Assembly (NCBI GenBank): GCA_043228905.1
Contig: JBHGNT010000014.1
Coordinates: 2,852,001-2,916,000 of the forward strand
Reading direction: 5' to 3'
DNA length: 64,000 bases
DNA from: Azolla caroliniana
Lineage: Eukaryota > Plantae > Polypodiophyta
In this document: positions 22,488-34,100 of the stretch, in pieces
Layout: the number at the start of each line of letters is the position of its first letter
Position numbering within the stretch: position 1 is the stretch's first letter
Notes under the pieces: generated by a model
The model's input: the letters and a program-made list of their open reading frames with translations, nothing else
Told to the model about the DNA's origin: nothing
Databases searched by the model: none
Made by a program: the position numbers and the translations under genes

Positions 22488-25400
22488 TCATTCCTCGCCC
22501 GTCGGTTCTTCCTCGTTTTCGGATCGTTCGTCACTGCCGACCAGGTGAGCCGGGTCTGGCCCGTCGTCGTGTCGCTTCTTGAACGCTTTGATCCGCTTCC
22601 CTGCAACCGGTATCGCCATTCTCGTGCCGTCGAGTTCCGCCAGGTGATATGTCCCGTTGTCATTGGCGCTCTGTACCACGTAAGGCCCGAACCACCTTCG
22701 TGCGAACTTCCGTGTAGCTCGGTGCTGGTTGTCGAGGCTGCTATCGTAGACGAGCACCCAGTCACCCTCTTCGATTTTCTTCGGTCGGAGCCGGTGCGTT
22801 CGGTCGAACCTGGCTTTGTTCTTTTTCCTCGCCACCCGGAGCTTCTCCGCAGCCAGTTCCACGTCCTCCGGTCTCCGCTCGAGCTGTCGTATGCGCGCGG
22901 CCAACAACTCCTCCCGGCTCATCTCGTCCCTCCAGTCGACCGTTGCCCACGAGGAGATCGTCCGTTCCATCGGCATGATCGGCTTTTGGCCGAACATGAG
23001 CTCCGTCGGCATGTACCCGGTTACCGAACTGTGCGTGGTCCGGTCCGCCCACAAAGCATAGGGTAGCAGCCGCGGCCAGTTACCGACTCGGCCTCCGCAT
23101 GCCCGAACCAACGCCTTGACGATCGGTCCGTGTCCGCGCTCCACCTTTCCATTCGCCTCCGGATTGTACGCAGTTGTGAGCGAGAGCTTGACTCCCAGCC
23201 GGTCGAACAGCTCCGCGGCTTCTTCGGCGTCCAACTCCCCTCGGTCAGCCACGATCTTCCCGACGCACCCGTACCGGCATATCACGTCCTCGATTAGGAA
23301 CCGGCACACGGCCGCGGTCGTTTTGTTCGGAAGGGCCCGGCCCTCCACCTGGTTCGTCAGATCCTCCCGCGCTAGGACCAGGTACCGCATCTGCCCTACT
23401 CCCATTGGCATCGTTACCAGATCTACCATCCATTTGAAATGGATGGCCGGAGGGTACGTAGGGTGAAGCTCGTCTCGATGTCGGACTATGGAGTGCATCT
23501 GGCAGCTCTCGCAAGTTGTCACGAACCGATGCACGTCCTGGTACTGCCCCGACCACCAATACTTCCCCTTCAGTTTCTCAAACGTAGCCCATGTTCCACG
23601 GTGTCCAGCCCAAGGGCTGTCGTGGTAGGCCGTCAGCAGCTCCTCCTGTTCTTCCTTCATCGCCACCACCCGGAGCGGAGCGCCGTCCCTCTTCTTCGGG
23701 TGCTTCCATAGATAGCCGTCCCGGAGAAAGAACTGGTACGCTTTCTTCCGGATCCTGTTGGCCTCGTCCTTCGTCCATGACGCATCGGGCGTCATTGTCT
23801 TCAAAAACCCACCGATCTGCAGCCACTCCCCGTCGTACTTGCTCGCGTCGAAGTCGTTAAGCGCCGGAGTGCTTGTCCCGTCGGTTGTTACATACGCAGT
23901 CTCGAAGAAGTCCACGCCGACCTCTTCGTCCTCCGAAATCATGCCGCCCTCGTCATCGAATCTCGCCCTTGAAAGCATGTCGGCCATGGCGTTGTCTTTC
24001 CCGGAAATGTGTCGTATTACCGGGTCTAGGGACTTGATGTACGCTATCCACCTGAGCATTGCCAGGTCCGGCGTCGCGCATCCGGAAACCATGCCGAGAA
24101 TCGGCATGCAATCCGTCTCTATGATTACCTCCGTCCCGATCAGATAGTCCTTGTCGGCCTTCACCGCCGAAACGATACCCCAGAGTTCGCGTTTAACCTG
24201 GGCGTATCCTCGCTGCCGTTCGCTGAGGACCTTCGCGCCGAATCGGATCGGAAACCGATTGCCGTCCTCGTCTTCTTGGTTGACGACCCACCCGATTCCG
24301 GTCGGACTCGTGTCAACCGTTATGTACACTGGGGTGCCCTTCCTGTAGACGGCCTTTCGGAGCGCCGGTGCTGCCGAAAGAGCCTCCTTCAGCTTCCGGA
24401 CCGACTCCGTGTGCTTGTCTAGCCATTCGAATCTTCGCCCTTTCCTCAATAATCCGTATAGCGGCTCCGCAACGTGGGCGTAATGCGGGATCCATATGTG
24501 GTAGAATGCGCATGCCCCCAGGAACCTTCGTACTTCCGTGACCGAGCTGCAGTCGGGCTTCATCACGGAGATGGCTTCAACCTTTGCCGAAGACGGTTTC
24601 CGGCCATATGGCCCACATAAGTGTCCGACCACCATGATTTCCGACTGCCCGAAGGCTGATTTCTCCCCCGAGAAGGTGAGCCTCGCATCCTCTAGCCTTT
24701 GCAGCACCTTCTCGCAGTCGTCGATGTGCGCCATCACGAATCGCCGGCATCCGTCCGGCCCGACCGTCTCGTCCTTCTCTTCTACCGGGCACCCCTTGAT
24801 CGGGATGTCATCTAGAAACGGCATGGTGATGTCCGGGATGCAGTCCCTCAGCACCTTGTTCATTGCATTCACCATGTGGGCCACCGAGTTGGTCCCTCCT
24901 TGCGGCAGCGTACACATCCGCACTAGGCCGAGGGGAGTTCGCATCGTCGTAATGTCTCTGCTCTCCACGGCTAGCTGGAACTGGTCGTACCCTGAGTATA
25001 GATCACCGACCGAGTAAATCGACCTTCCGGCGAAGGCCTCCGCGAACTCGTCTATGGTCGGTCCGATCCCTGCGTTCCGAATGGTCACTCTGTTGACCGG
25101 CTGCAGGTCCTGAATGAAGCGCAATGATCCGTTTTTCTTTGGTACGGTAAACCATCGGTTTGAATACGGGGCGCTCGATGGCTCGAGAATGCCCATATCA
25201 ACTTTCTGCTTCAACAGCCCCATCAACTTCGGGATGTGAGCTCTCGGAACCGGAATTGGCTTGAGATTCCACGGTACATGCGGTACTGTGAATATCACCA
25301 TCGGTTCTACGATCGTCGGGTCTACGCACCCGATTTCCCCCGGTGAGAATGTGAAGGCTTTCCCGTGCCTTCCGAGCATTCTCCGGAACCGGTCTTCCTC

Positions 25401-25976
25401 CGCCGGCAGTAGGAACCCGCCCCCACCGATCTTCAGCTCGCGGAGCGTCTCGTTGGTGAAGGTGTGTCCTATGCAGGCCCGATCTCGTAAGCTGGGGTCC
25501 GATGCAACCCCTTTGATTCGGGATTCGCTGCCCTCCGGTAAGGGCGCCGCAACTGGCCTCACCTTCCGGTCCACCGTCTTGTACTTGGTGCCCACTCGGG
25601 CCGTCCGTTCCGACTCGAGCCCTCGACCGAAGTCCGCGATGACTTCGTACATTTCTTCGGAACATACCGGTATCGTCCGGTCTTCGTTAAGGTCTTCTTC
25701 GACTACCTTCCCCAGCATTCCCAAGGTGTCGTCGAAGGAGACTGCCTCCACGGCTCCGTTGATTCCTTCGTCAGGTCCGAGAACTCCGCACGCCCGAAGC
25801 CTCCCCTCCGTCTTTGTTTTCTCTCGGCCGGTGATGCCGACCATCGTACATGCTCCGCTGTCGGAGAAGCAAAATTTCCTACCTATTGTACACGGTTTCA
25901 TCGTACAGATGTGGGGTTTTCCCGGAGCATCCGGACTGTCGCGGCCCCACGCCTTGGCAGTCCTCTCTAAAAATCC
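22488..25976 (-). CDS. pol RT-RNase H-integrase (frame open from the frameshift site)
   Basis: 1137-aa ORF with PFLDD, VDTSP, HHCC integrase, FGPY; no chromodomain. Confidence 0.92.
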   Translation of the reverse strand, partial: GFLERTAKAWGRDSPDAPGKPHICTMKPCTIGRKFCFSDSGACTMVGITGREKTKTEGRLRACGVLGPDEGINGAVEAVSFDDTLGMLGKVVEEDLNEDRTIPVCSEEMYEVIADFGRGLESERTARVGTKYKTVDRKVRPVAAPLPEGSESRIKGVASDPSLRDRACIGHTFTNETLRELKIGGGGFLLPAEEDRFRRMLGRHGKAFTFSPGEIGCVDPTIVEPMVIFTVPHVPWNLKPIPVPRAHIPKLMGLLKQKVDMGILEPSSAPYSNRWFTVPKKNGSLRFIQDLQPVNRVTIRNAGIGPTIDEFAEAFAGRSIYSVGDLYSGYDQFQLAVESRDITTMRTPLGLVRMCTLPQGGTNSVAHMVNAMNKVLRDCIPDITMPFLDDIPIKGCPVEEKDETVGPDGCRRFVMAHIDDCEKVLQRLEDARLTFSGEKSAFGQSEIMVVGHLCGPYGRKPSSAKVEAISVMKPDCSSVTEVRRFLGACAFYHIWIPHYAHVAEPLYGLLRKGRRFEWLDKHTESVRKLKEALSAAPALRKAVYRKGTPVYITVDTSPTGIGWVVNQEDEDGNRFPIRFGAKVLSERQRGYAQVKRELWGIVSAVKADKDYLIGTEVIIETDCMPILGMVSGCATPDLAMLRWIAYIKSLDPVIRHISGKDNAMADMLSRARFDDEGGMISEDEEVGVDFFETAYVTTDGTSTPALNDFDASKYDGEWLQIGGFLKTMTPDASWTKDEANRIRKKAYQFFLRDGYLWKHPKKRDGAPLRVVAMKEEQEELLTAYHDSPWAGHRGTWATFEKLKGKYWWSGQYQDVHRFVTTCESCQMHSIVRHRDELHPTYPPAIHFKWMVDLVTMPMGVGQMRYLVLAREDLTNQVEGRALPNKTTAAVCRFLIEDVICRYGCVGKIVADRGELDAEEAAELFDRLGVKLSLTTAYNPEANGKVERGHGPIVKALVRACGGRVGNWPRLLPYALWADRTTHSSVTGYMPTELMFGQKPIMPMERTISSWATVDWRDEMSREELLAARIRQLERRPEDVELAAEKLRVARKKNKARFDRTHRLRPKKIEEGDWVLVYDSSLDNQHRATRKFARRWFGPYVVQSANDNGTYHLAELDGTRMAIPVAGKRIKAFKKRHDDGPDPAHLVGSDERSENEEEPTGEE

Positions 25977-28076
25977 TCCCGGTTTTCGGAACCGAGGGAG
26001 TCGCGGTTACGTTCGTGGTTCGGCCGTACCGTCAGAAACTGGACCGAATGGCGCCCGTCTTGGCTTTTGACCCTTGTCCAGCACCTTGGTCTCCATCCGC
26101 GCCGCCGTGATGTACGGCTCTCCCAGTATGACCGGATGCGAAGACGTCTCCTGCACGAAGAAGTGCTGGTCAATCTCGACGTCGCCGATCTTGACTCGCA
26201 CATTCGGACAGGCCCCGTGCAGCTCCTCGGTGGCACGCGTTGCCGCCCTTATTTTCCACCCGTGCTTGGTGTTGATCGGCCATTTGCCCTTCTTATAGAA
26301 GTCCATGGACATCAAGTTGATCTCCGATCCGTGGTCCACCAAAGCTATCACCGGTTCCTGGACATCGCCGATCTTCACCGGGGTTTCCGTGGTCGCTCGG
26401 GCCCAGTGTGGTCTTGAATAGTGGCTTTCCGCCCACTCGTCTCCCAGCGCCATGTCGTCTAGGTGCGTCGTCCGCACTTCCACTGGTTTTTCCGGTTCTG
26501 TCTCCGTTGACAGCCTCTTCCGTTTCACCAAGTCCACGATGGAGTCGTGGAACTCCTTCTTGGCGATTCCCAGCACCTCTCGTAACGACAACTCCACCTT
26601 ACTGTCGAGGATCCGCTCCTCCAGGACCTTTCGTAAGTCCGTGGTCCTTTCTATCTCCGTCCCCAGACGGTACCCGCCCTTCTGGGGTTTATCTTGCGTA
26701 CCGGCCCCGCCGGCTTCGTCCCGTCGTGGCCCGGACCGGGTCTCGTATCGTTGTGAGGGCCCGGTCGTCCCGGGTTTCCCCACCCGCTTCTCTTCTACCA
26801 GAGCCTCGTAGTTCTGGCAAGCGGCTTCCACGAAGCCCGTCCCCTCCTCGACCGGGTCGCTCCACCCGGTTATCTCCCGTACCCGTTTCTCCGCGCGGTC
26901 CGATTCCTCCCCTTTTAGCCTTGCACCGGCAAGGCCTCCCAGCATCGTCGGCCAGAATCCGGCTTTCCTTTCCCTTCGGGCCTCGCCGCCCCCGACTCGA
27001 ATGCCGGCCGACGCCGAGTAGTGGACGGTTTCCGCGTGTCGGGCCGCCGCCTCTTCCATCAACCTTTTCATACCACCTCGTCCGTCGTTTCGGCTCAAGG
27101 CCCTTCGGGTGTCGCTGGCATGCACCCGCCCTTCCCACAGGTACACCACCCTGTCCCTTAGCGCCTCCGCGAAGTCGCCGCAGTCCTTCCGAATGTGGCC
27201 GACTTCATCGCACCACATGCACCTGTTTCCTGCCGCCGGCCGTCGGTCACGAGCCGGTTCGCCACCTTCCCTTCGGGCTTGCGCGATTTGGAGGTCCTTT
27301 ACCGCCCTCGTCAATTCCTCCAGCGCCGCTCCTCCGGTCGAGCCTCTGACTACGCCGGTCGAAGCCGAACCGGTTTCCAACCACTCTCGGGTCTCTTCCT
27401 TTCGCACCTGTAGCGCTGGTTCGAACTTCCTTGCTGCGACCGAGCCCGACCCGGTTACCCCGTTATCCGCCCATTCTCGCCGTTTGTCGAAACGGCCACA
27501 GACCTTCTTGACAGCCGCCCAGTCGGTAGTGAGCCCGTCTTCGGTTTCCAGCAAGAGGCCCACTTGCTCCCGATCCCGCTCGTCGACCGACTTGACAAAC
27601 AGCAAGACCCGGCTCGTGTCCAGGATGGTTCGGTCGAGCGCCGAAAGGCGCGCAAAGTTTTCCTCGAACTCCCGGAGGAGTGCCGACGCGTTTCTTTCCT
27701 TCCCCGGGGACTCCACCCATTCCATGAACCTTCGCTTCGAAAGCCGGAGCGCGTCGTCCAGCCCGTATTTCTCTAGGAGCTGACCTTCGAACTCCTCCCA
27801 GGTACGGCTCTCCGCCCGCACCTCGAGCACCTCCGCATGGATGCTCGGCATTGCTACTCGGGGAAATCCGGCAAGACGCCTTTCTTCCGGAATGTCCCGC
27901 ATCAACATTTCTGCACCGTAGGACGCCAGATACCTCGTGGCATCCCTCCCATCGAACCGGCCGATCGTGCCGACGACCGCCTCAATAGCTCTGTCGAGGG
28001 CACCGGTGCCCTCGCGCGCGTTTACAATCCGATCCACGGCCGAAGCCATGGCCTCTGCAAGATCCGACCCCCTCAT
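25967..28076 (-). pseudogene. gag-protease; 16-nt deletion near the C-terminus shifts the frame
   Basis: CCHC knuckle and DHGS protease in ORF 26007-28103; CGGTTCGGCCTACGCG present in copy 1 is missing near 26075. Confidence 0.85.
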
Positions 28077-28932
28077 CTTCTGCTCTTCTGCCGCCTCTTT
28101 CACGTCGGGTTCACCAAAGATGTCGAGATATTACGCAAGTGCGTGTGGAATCGAGGCGGGACCGCGGGGGTCTCGAACCAAAGAGCAAGCGAGGGAGGAG
28201 AAAGAGAGAGAACCGGCTACGCAGGACCGGGGATACACAGGGACACGGCCCTTCAGCACGGAGAACGCGAACAGACACCGACACAGACAGATGCGAATGA
28301 CCAAATATGTGTATTAACAAAATGGCTAACACGACTACAACCCTCGATGGGGCACAGGTTGGTTGCAACCGAACAGGCCGGCGAACAGATGCCGATGCCT
28401 GTTCGCTTCGACGCACAAACGGGGGGGGGGGGGGGGGGTAGCAGGTCGGAGGTGCTGCCGGAAGCACTCGGGCGTTCCTCGAAACAGCGCGAGCCTCCTC
28501 GGAACCCTGCACAGAAAGCTATGGAGCTCAAGAAGGAAGGAAACAGAGAGAGAGAAGCGTCCAGAAACGGTCCGACAGCACTTCCTCCTCTCCGCGCGAG
28601 ATCCCCTGCAACAGGTTTTCCCAGCTCTTATATAGCCCGACGAGCAGGCCGTCCTGTCAGCTTTATTCCCTGTCCCTTTCGAACAGGGATCCGCTCCGTT
28701 CTTCACGCATCCGCGTAGTTACGCCGCCGACTCGTGCCGTCCCTTAGCTCGCGCGCGCGACCGAAAAGACTGTTCGCGCGGTCTTTGTCTCCACCTATGT
28801 TAGGGCCCGTTCCTGCCGATTATCCTCCTAACTCGCTTCTTCGTACAACTTGGAGCTCGCGCGCGTGAAGAACCGGTTCCCACGCCTAGGTGCTCCGATT
28901 CCGCCTATGGACGGTTTTCTTCACGACACCGC

Positions 28933-30667
28933 GAGAACCGGAACTCAACAGCCGGCGAGCCCAGCCAGCACACACGGCGGCCAAGGAGTAGAACCAGAAC
29001 GGCATATGCAGGCACTCAGGCCAGACAATTCCACAGTGAATGAGCCGACCCGACCAGTACAGCAGCAAGGCACCAGTAGCATGTGGCTACGGTGGGTAGG
29101 CGAGCAAATCGCCGGAGCGGTCGAGTATATAGAGGCGGAGGAGAGAGCGCACCAAGAACGGTTGCTCGTCACAACCGTAGATCTAGAGACGGCCCGGTCC
29201 AGAATCCGGAGCCTTGAACAAGACTTGGACAGGGTCACAAGGGAAATGGCTCAATTGGCTTTGACAACACAAGTCCAAGCACCGGTGACTCCGGGCAATG
29301 TACAGAATAAGGCGTCAGATCGACCTGTACATAGCAACCAGACCCCGGCAACGGAAACCGTTCCGGAGAGAAATGCGGCACAAGCCCAAGAGCTCGCGGA
29401 TTTAAAGGATGAGCTAGCTGCCCAAGAAGCGCTGAGGAGCCGCGAAAGAGAATTGAAGACGGCAGCGGAGGCGGAACTCAAAAAGACTGCTGAGAATCTA
29501 CGCCGGGCCGAGGAGAGCTTACGGAAAGGCCACCAAGCGTACGACCGGCTCAAGGAGGAGAAGGAGAAAATGTTGCAAGAGAAGGAGAGGCTCCGGAGAA
29601 ACGCCGAAACAGAAGTAGAGCGCCTGAAAGAGGAACTCCGGCAGGTAAAGGACCGGGAAGACCGGAACCATCGTCAGATCAACGGCAAGCTCAAACAAAA
29701 AACAGAGGAATTTGAGAACTTGCACCGGGAGTATAAACGGTTGCAAACGGAGCACAAGGAACGGACGGATGAGCTCCGGCAAGCAGTTGATCGGACCGCA
29801 ACCGCATTCGCCAAGGAACAAGCGGAAAACAGAAGACGGTTGGAAGAGGCGGAGAAGGTTCGGACAGAGCTCCTCAGGCAACAGCAGGCGGAAAAAGAAA
29901 GAGCGGCGGAGGTACTGCAGAGGCTGCAAACGACATATCAAGGGCAGCTGACGCGCTACAGAGAGCAGGCGGAGGATACGGCAAATCTCATCAAGCAGTT
30001 GAAGGAGGAGCGACAAGTGGTGGAAAGCAGAGCGCAAATGGGAGCAAGTCGCATCCAGGATATAATGCGGGCCTGGTTGAACCAGACCAAGAGCTTGATT
30101 GACAACGGGTCCGTCAAATGGTGGACCAAGTGGGCCACGAACGCGGCGGAACTCCAATTGCTCCGGGCCGACGTAGAGAACCGGCGGAAGGAGGGAGATG
30201 ATTGCTATATGCTGACTTCCGAAGACTTCACCGGCATAAGAGATGAGCTTGCCGAAGACTTTCAAGCCTTGGCAGATGACCAACTAGGGCAGGTCCGGCA
30301 ACTTGTAGCTCAGCTGGACGACGACAGGCTGGAGGCGCAGATCCAGTTTGAAAGCTACGAGAGGTCCCGGATCCGGGGAGAGAAAGAACGAGAACCGGTT
30401 ACGGTCAACCTCAGTGATGAGGAACCGTTACTGGAAGGAGACCGGACCGGAAGCAGTCAAACGGAGATGCCGGAGTCAGAGAGACAAACGGAGCAGCCGG
30501 AGTCAGCGAAACAAACGGAGCAGCAGCAGCAAGCAGAGCAGCCGGAGCAGCCTCAGTCCCAACCGCAACCACAGCAGCAGCAGCAAGCACAGCCGCAAGA
30601 ACCACAACCGGAAGAACAAGTGGAAATTCTTGAACAAAGTATTTTGGACAATTTGGGTGAACAATGA
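28933..30667 (+). pseudogene. Extra ORF, C-terminal long coiled-coil with Q/E-rich tail
   Basis: About 578 codons rich in E/K/R/Q heptad-like sequence, ending shortly before the 3' LTR. Confidence 0.75.
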
Positions 30668-31137
30668 AGGGGCCGAGAAGGGTTCGACGTACAAGGTACT
30701 GTCCCACGGGCGTGCCATGTGTTACCGGCCGGCAAGGAGTCCAAAATACGGAGTGAAGGAATTAATTAAGTATGGTTGTAATAAGCATAGTGTGGACGGA
30801 CGGACTGGAAACGGTATGCCGTTCCAGATCCGGACGGATCCCGAATAGGTGCCAGAGGCACCGTTTTGTACTACGGGCCGGAAACCTATTTAAAGGCCCG
30901 GACCCCATTGTAATCGCAGCGGATAATTAATAGAGCTTATGATGTTTGTACTTCTGTCTTGATTTCCGTTCTGTAATTACTGTTATATCTTACGCGTGTA
31001 ATTAACCAAAGCATTCTAATCGTGTAACCTACGTAAGTCGGTGTAATCGTTGAATGTTAATCCTATGCCGTAATCACCCTTTGGTGAAGTGTCTCCGTGA
31101 CACCTTGTGTTAGGCCTTGTCCGGCTAGAGAATAACA

Positions 31138-34100
31138 CTTGACATTTCTCGCAGCTTTCCGTGAACTCCGCGACATCTTTGTACATTTTCTTCCACCAAT
31201 ATTTTTGCTTGATCTTCACAAATGTTGCCCATGTTCCTCGGTGTCCAGCCCAATCGGATTCGTGAAACTCGGACATTATCCGGTTTCATTGCTCTTTTGT
31301 CCCGACTACTCGAAGTGGTATACCATCCGGTCTTTTCGGCGCCCTCCATATTAATCCGTTTTCCAAGAAGAACTTTTGGACTTGCCTCTTCTTCCTTCGG
31401 ATCTCGGCTCTTCTTCCTTTATCGTTTGTCGAGTCCTCGGCCTCTTGTAACATCTTTCCGATCATCAAACTTTCTCCCTCATATTCTTCTTCCCGGAATT
31501 CTCGGATTACGTTCACTCGGCATATGTGCTCCGACACGAAGTAGTCTTCGGAAACTTCTTAATTATCCGATTCGGTTATGTCGTCTCCGAACCGAGCCCT
31601 TGATAACATATCCGCTACCGCGTTTTCCTTCCCCGAGATGTGTCGAACCTCCGGATTAAGCGACTTGACATATGCAACCCACCTTAGCATAGCTACATCT
31701 GGTATCGTACAACACTGCATCATCCCGAGTATCGGAAGACAATCCGTCTCGATCACCACTTCGGCTCCGATCAAATAATCCCGATCCGATTTTATCGCCG
31801 ACACGACTCCCCACAGTTCTCTTTTGACTTGTGCATATCCACGTTGCCTTTCGTTGAGAACCTTTGCTCCGAATCGGATCGGATACCGCGAACCATCCGA
31901 GTCGGCTTGATTGATGACCCACCCGATACCGGTTGGACTTGTATCAACCGTTACTATGATCTATCGGTCGTAGCTTGGCTTCTTAAGTGCTTCCGCCCTC
32001 CGAAGTGTCTTCTTCAATTTCTTCATGGCTTTGGTGTGTTCCGGTTTCCATTCGAATTTCTTACCTTTCTGCAACAAGTGGTAGAGCGGGTCCGCTATAT
32101 GTGCATAGTGCGGAATCCATATGTGATAGAATGCACATGCACCGAGAAACCTTCGGACTTCGGATGTTGACTCGCATACTTCCTCCATAGCTTGAATCGC
32201 ATCGATCTTTGTTGGTGACGGTCTTCGGCCGTAGGGCCCACATAGATGTCCGACCACCAATATTTCTTCTTGCCCGAATGCCGATTTCTCCCCGGAAAGT
32301 GTTAGGTGCACATCTTCTAGCTTTCGCAACACTTTCTCGCAATCATGAATATGGTCGACCACGAACTTTCGGCATCCCCGATCATCCATAGTCTCATCTT
32401 TTTCTTCTACCGCGCATCCTTTCATCGGAATGTCATCGAGGAACGGCATTGTTATCTCCGGAATGCAGTCTCGAAGCACCTTGTTCATCGCGTTCATCAT
32501 ATGAGCAACCGAGTTTGTCGCTCCTTGTGGCAGTGTGCACATTCGGACTAATCCTATCGGTGTTCGCATGGTTGTGATGTCTTGGCTCTCCACGGCTAGT
32601 TGGAATTGGTCATACCCCGAGTATAGGTCTCCGATGGAGTATATCGCACGACCGGCAAAAGCTTCCGCAAATTCGTCCACTATCGGACCGACTCCCAAGT
32701 TCTGGATCGTGACCTTATTCACCGGTTGCAAGTCTTGGATAAATCGGAGTGACCCATTCTTCTTCGGAACCGTAAACCATCGATTTGAGTACGGAGCAGT
32801 TGATGGCTCTAGAATCCCCATCGCCACCTTCTCCTTGAGCAAGTCAATGACTTTCGGAATATGCGCTCGTGGCACCGGAATCGGCTTCAGGTTCCACGGT
32901 ACATGGTCAATCGTGAAGATCACCATCGGCTCCACTATTCTCGGATCGACGCACCCTATCTCCCTTGATGTAAATGCAAACGCTTTGCCGTGTTGCTCCA
33001 ACATCTCGCGAAACCGTTCTTCTTCTTTTTGTAATAGGAACCCACCTCCACCGATCCGAAGTTTCTTCCGGGTCTCATCAGTGAAGGCATGTCCGATATC
33101 CACGGACTTCCGAAGTGTCGGATCTCCCGAGACTTCTTTCCTCTTTTGTTCGCTATCGGCGGGTAGTGGTCCCGCGGCCGGTTTCACCTTCTTCTCCACG
33201 GTCTTGTATTTCGTACTTACCATTGCTTCTTCTTTGCGGAGCGTATCCGGCTCCATTTTCGCAATGATCTCGTACATCTCGACCGATTCCACTGGGACTA
33301 CCCGGTTCCCTTGGCTTTTATCTTCCGCAAGCTCTTCAAGTCGTTGTAGCGTGCTCCCATAGAACACTTCTTCGACTATCCCCACGATTTCTTCATCTTC
33401 TTTTATTATTGATGCCGATCGCAACTTATCCTCCACTTGTCGGTATCCTTTCTTCAATCCTCCGGTTACGGTCGTGTATGTAGATGCCCCATCCGGACCA
33501 ATTCGTACATGTTTTGCTCCGAGAGTTTTCTTCCTGTGTGGGGTATCAGGGCTTCTTGGACTATCACTTCCCCACTCCACAACAGTCCTCTTTAAAAATC
33601 CATTCTCACTTGGGACAAGAGTTCCCTCTTGTTCCTTTCGTGATTTTCTAGCACCGTTAGGAATTGGATGGATTTCCCACCGTTTTGGCTCCGAATTCAC
33701 GCAAAAGCCGCACCGCTATCGAGCACCTTCGTCTCCATCCGTGATGCCGTGATAAAGGGTTGGCCGAGGATGACGGAATGTGAAACCTCATCTTGCACGA
33801 AGAAATTTTGGTCGATCTTGACATCCCCGATCTTCACCGTCACATCCGGACAAGCCGCAAATAGATCTTCCGTTGCTTTGGTGGCCGCCCGAATCTTCCA
33901 TCCATGGTTGGTGTTAATAGGCCACTTCCCCTTCCGGTAGAACTCCTTGGACATCAAGTTGATCTCCGATCCGTGATCAATCAATGCTAGCACGGGTTCT
34001 TTGATGTTGCCGATTCGGACCGGAGTCTCTATAGTCGCGCGTGCCCAATGTGGCCTTGTATAGTGGGAGTTCGGAATTTCGTCCTCCACTTCGGTGTCGT

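Larger units (their letters stand above)
21613..28928 (-). mobile_element. Near-complete Ylt1-like Gypsy element (family A, copy 2)
   Basis: LTRs 21613-22416 and 28121-28928 (2 substitutions + G-run length), 4-bp TSD CCGC, tRNA-Trp PBS 28099-28116, PPT 22417-22429. Confidence 0.97.
15872..31137 (+). mobile_element. Non-chromovirus (Athila/Tat-like) Gypsy element lacking RT, with an extra 3' ORF; hosts a nested element
   Basis: LTRs 15872-16289 and 30720-31137 (TGTTA...TAACA, about 9 differences), gag-PR, RH-IN and a downstream ORF; no matching TSD. Confidence 0.88.
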
